From an uncultured Pedosphaera sp. (GTDB taxonomy: Bacteria > Verrucomicrobiota > Verrucomicrobiia > Limisphaerales > AAA164-E04), in contig OZ243981.1 of NCBI GenBank assembly GCA_965214825.1, positions 2,450,567 to 2,514,566 on the forward strand: a stretch of 64,000 nucleotides of DNA, read 5' to 3'. Within the stretch, counting starts at the first letter, position 1. Every line of letters starts with the position of its first letter. Below, in pieces: positions 62,340-64,000 of this stretch. A model generated the notes under the pieces. It was not told the DNA's origin. It saw nothing but the letters and a program-made list of their open reading frames with translations, and made no database searches. A program made the translations under genes and the position numbers.

Positions 62340-63629
62340 TCAATCGAATCGAATTGAGGCGGAGCGGCCGTGGGCATCCAGTCCTTCCATGCTGGCGAAG
62401 GCGGCGATGTCGGACAGGGCTTTTTTCAGGGAGATCGGGCGGTATTGGACGAGGCTGGTTCGGTGTTGGAATTGGTCGACTGTGAGGCCGGAGAAGCTCC
62501 GCCCCGCGCCGCTGGTCGGCAACACGTGGCTGGGGCCGGCCAGGTAATCGCCGAGAACTGTCGGGGAGTGGCTGCCGAGGAATATGGCGCCGGCTGTGGT
62601 GATTTGCCGGGCGATTTGGCGATTGTTTTGGGCCATAATCTGGCAATGTTCCGGGGCGAATCGGTTGGCGATATCGATGGCGGCGTTGAGTGTTTTGACT
62701 TGCAGGCACCAGCCGTTGCGGGAGAGGGTTTTTTGGATGCTGGCAGCTCGGGATTGTTGAGGAAGCTGGCGTTTGATGGATTGCAGGACGCGGGCGATGA
62801 GGCGCTTGGAGGTGGCGAGCAGAACGGCTCGTTCGCTGCCGGAGCCGTGTTCGGCCTGAGCCATGAGGTCGGCAGCTGCCCAATCTGGGTTGGCGCTTGC
62901 GTCGGCGAGGATCAAAACTTCGCTTGGTCCGGGCAAGAGGTCGATGGCTACTCGTCCGAACAGAGTGCGTTTGGCGGCTACGACATAGGCGTTGCCCGGT
63001 CCGAAGATTTTGCTGACGGGCGGGATGGAGGCCGTTCCATGCGCCAAAGCGGCGATGGCTTGTGCGCCGCCGATGCGGTAAATTTCAGTAGCGCCGGCGT
63101 TGTCCAGTGCATAGAGGAGAGCGGAATTGATTTTGCCGTCAGTGCCGCAAGGCGTGCAGGCAACGATTTCCGGGCAGCCGGCAACTTTGGCCAGGGTGAC
63201 GGTCATCAAAGCGGTGGAGACGAGCGGGGCGCTGCCGCCGGGGATGTAGAGACCGACTCTAGCGAAGGGATCGAATTTCTCGCCGACAAGGGCTTGGTGG
63301 GAATTGCGCATTTGCCAGTTCTTGCGCCGGGAGACTCGGCTGAAGGCGCGGATGTTGTTGGTGGCAGCACGGATTGCCCGTTTGACAGATGGGGGGACTT
63401 TTCGCGCCTCGACGATTTCTTCATCCGACACTCGAAGTGTGGCAGGAGACAGCTGGGCGCCGTCGAATTTCTTGGCGAAGCGGATGAGGGCGTGGTCTCC
63501 GTTTTGCTTTACTTCTTCGATGATGGCCGCGGTTTGCCGGAGGACAGCGGGGTCGAACAGGCTCGACGATTGCAACATTTTAGCGACTTGCGCGTCGAAG
63601 TTTTTGTCCTGATCAGAACAGACGTTCAT
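62340..63629 (-). CDS. hisD: Histidinol dehydrogenase
   Basis: LYIPGGSAPLVST, IFGPGNAYVVAAK, GPSEVLILAD, QAEHG. Confidence 0.95.
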   Translation of the reverse strand: MNVCSDQDKNFDAQVAKMLQSSSLFDPAVLRQTAAIIEEVKQNGDHALIRFAKKFDGAQLSPATLRVSDEEIVEARKVPPSVKRAIRAATNNIRAFSRVSRRKNWQMRNSHQALVGEKFDPFARVGLYIPGGSAPLVSTALMTVTLAKVAGCPEIVACTPCGTDGKINSALLYALDNAGATEIYRIGGAQAIAALAHGTASIPPVSKIFGPGNAYVVAAKRTLFGRVAIDLLPGPSEVLILADASANPDWAAADLMAQAEHGSGSERAVLLATSKRLIARVLQSIKRQLPQQSRAASIQKTLSRNGWCLQVKTLNAAIDIANRFAPEHCQIMAQNNRQIARQITTAGAIFLGSHSPTVLGDYLAGPSHVLPTSGAGRSFSGLTVDQFQHRTSLVQYRPISLKKALSDIAAFASMEGLDAHGRSASIRFD

Positions 63630-63739
63630 CGGCGGGTAAGGTTATTTCACGATATTAAAAAAAAGCAACTTTCCATTGCGGCGAGCGGCGAGGATGGAAG
63701 GGCTTGCATCCGAAGAGGGATGTTTTTATATTGGCCTGC

Positions 63740-64000
63740 ATGAAGCGGTTTTTGCATTGCGGAGTTTTGATGTGGGCGGCACTGGCGCTGGTGGGAACTT
63801 TTGAACAGGCGGAGGCTCAAGGCGCGGGAAAGAAAGCATTCAAGGTCAGCGAATTCACTTTCACGCGGCCAGATTTCTGGAGCCGGACGACGCCCCGCTC
63901 GTCCATGAGAAAGGCGCAGTTGAGCGTTCCCGGTAAATCGGGCGGCGAAAAGGGAGAGGTGGTTTTCTTTCACTTCGGGCCGGGAAACGCCGGCGGAACG
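63740..64000 (+). CDS. Secreted hypothetical protein, 5' partial (runs off the window)
   Basis: ATG 63740 with signal peptide MKRFLHCGVLMWAALALVGTFEQAEA. The frame is open to the window end. Confidence 0.55.
   Translation, partial: MKRFLHCGVLMWAALALVGTFEQAEAQGAGKKAFKVSEFTFTRPDFWSRTTPRSSMRKAQLSVPGKSGGEKGEVVFFHFGPGNAGGT

Noticed and set aside
62308-62883. N-terminal extensions of track ORFs: hisC to 62883, AsmA-like to 33431, ABC-2 permease to 37507, MsrA to 47793, RND-1 to 25413.
   Set aside because: The extensions are Arg/Pro-rich junk overlapping the upstream gene. Internal ATGs give canonical N-termini, and several form ATGA overlaps with the upstream stop.
62370-63743. 457-aa plus-strand ORF antisense to hisD. 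Similar long shadow ORFs occur at 1751..2758, 2736..3701, 6876..7838, 13046..13837, 24286..25068, 56614..57429 and 58796..59647.
   Set aside because: They lie opposite or out of frame to genes with strong family motifs. Their translations are low-complexity (G/A/R/P/V-rich), as expected for open antisense frames in GC-rich DNA.

Overview
This is a chromosomal segment of a moderately GC-rich bacterium. Its gene content points to the PVC superphylum (Verrucomicrobiota or Planctomycetota). That call is inferred from family content only: DUF1501/DUF1553 and DUF1552/DUF1592 pairs carrying CxxCH motifs, tandem DUF1080, a YdjY-like gene, GldG-like plus DUF4340, a sulfatase, and many Tat-signal TIM-barrel and Gfo/Idh/MocA enzymes.

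I count about 45 protein genes. I recognised no rRNA, tRNA, CRISPR array, transposase or integrase.

Gene blocks, left to right:
- An ankyrin/M34-like metallopeptidase.
- A minus-strand amidohydrolase, hexahaem cytochrome c and small protein operon.
- A broken DUF1501 gene.
- gyrB, an SbcD-like gene, an SbcC/YhaN-like gene, gyrA and a STAS-MlaE/MlaF/MlaD/lipoprotein cluster, all co-directional.
- A membrane fusion protein (MFP) gene plus two tandem RND pump genes.
- A nucleoside permease.
- A five-gene envelope operon (ABC ATPase, ABC-2 permease, GldG-like, DUF4340, AsmA-like).
- A block of secreted enzymes and PVC-signature genes.
- hisD and hisC.

The most unusual feature is that gyrB and gyrA are separated by a Mre11/Rad50-type nuclease-ATPase pair. 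The last gene of that pair overlaps the gyrA start codon, and both proteins have non-canonical catalytic motifs.

At least six genes show reading-frame breaks; the three I could localise precisely sit at short homopolymers. These are either assembly indel errors or real pseudogenes, and the sequence alone cannot decide.

I found no clear mobile or defence island. All functional calls come from motif recognition by eye, with no searches run.
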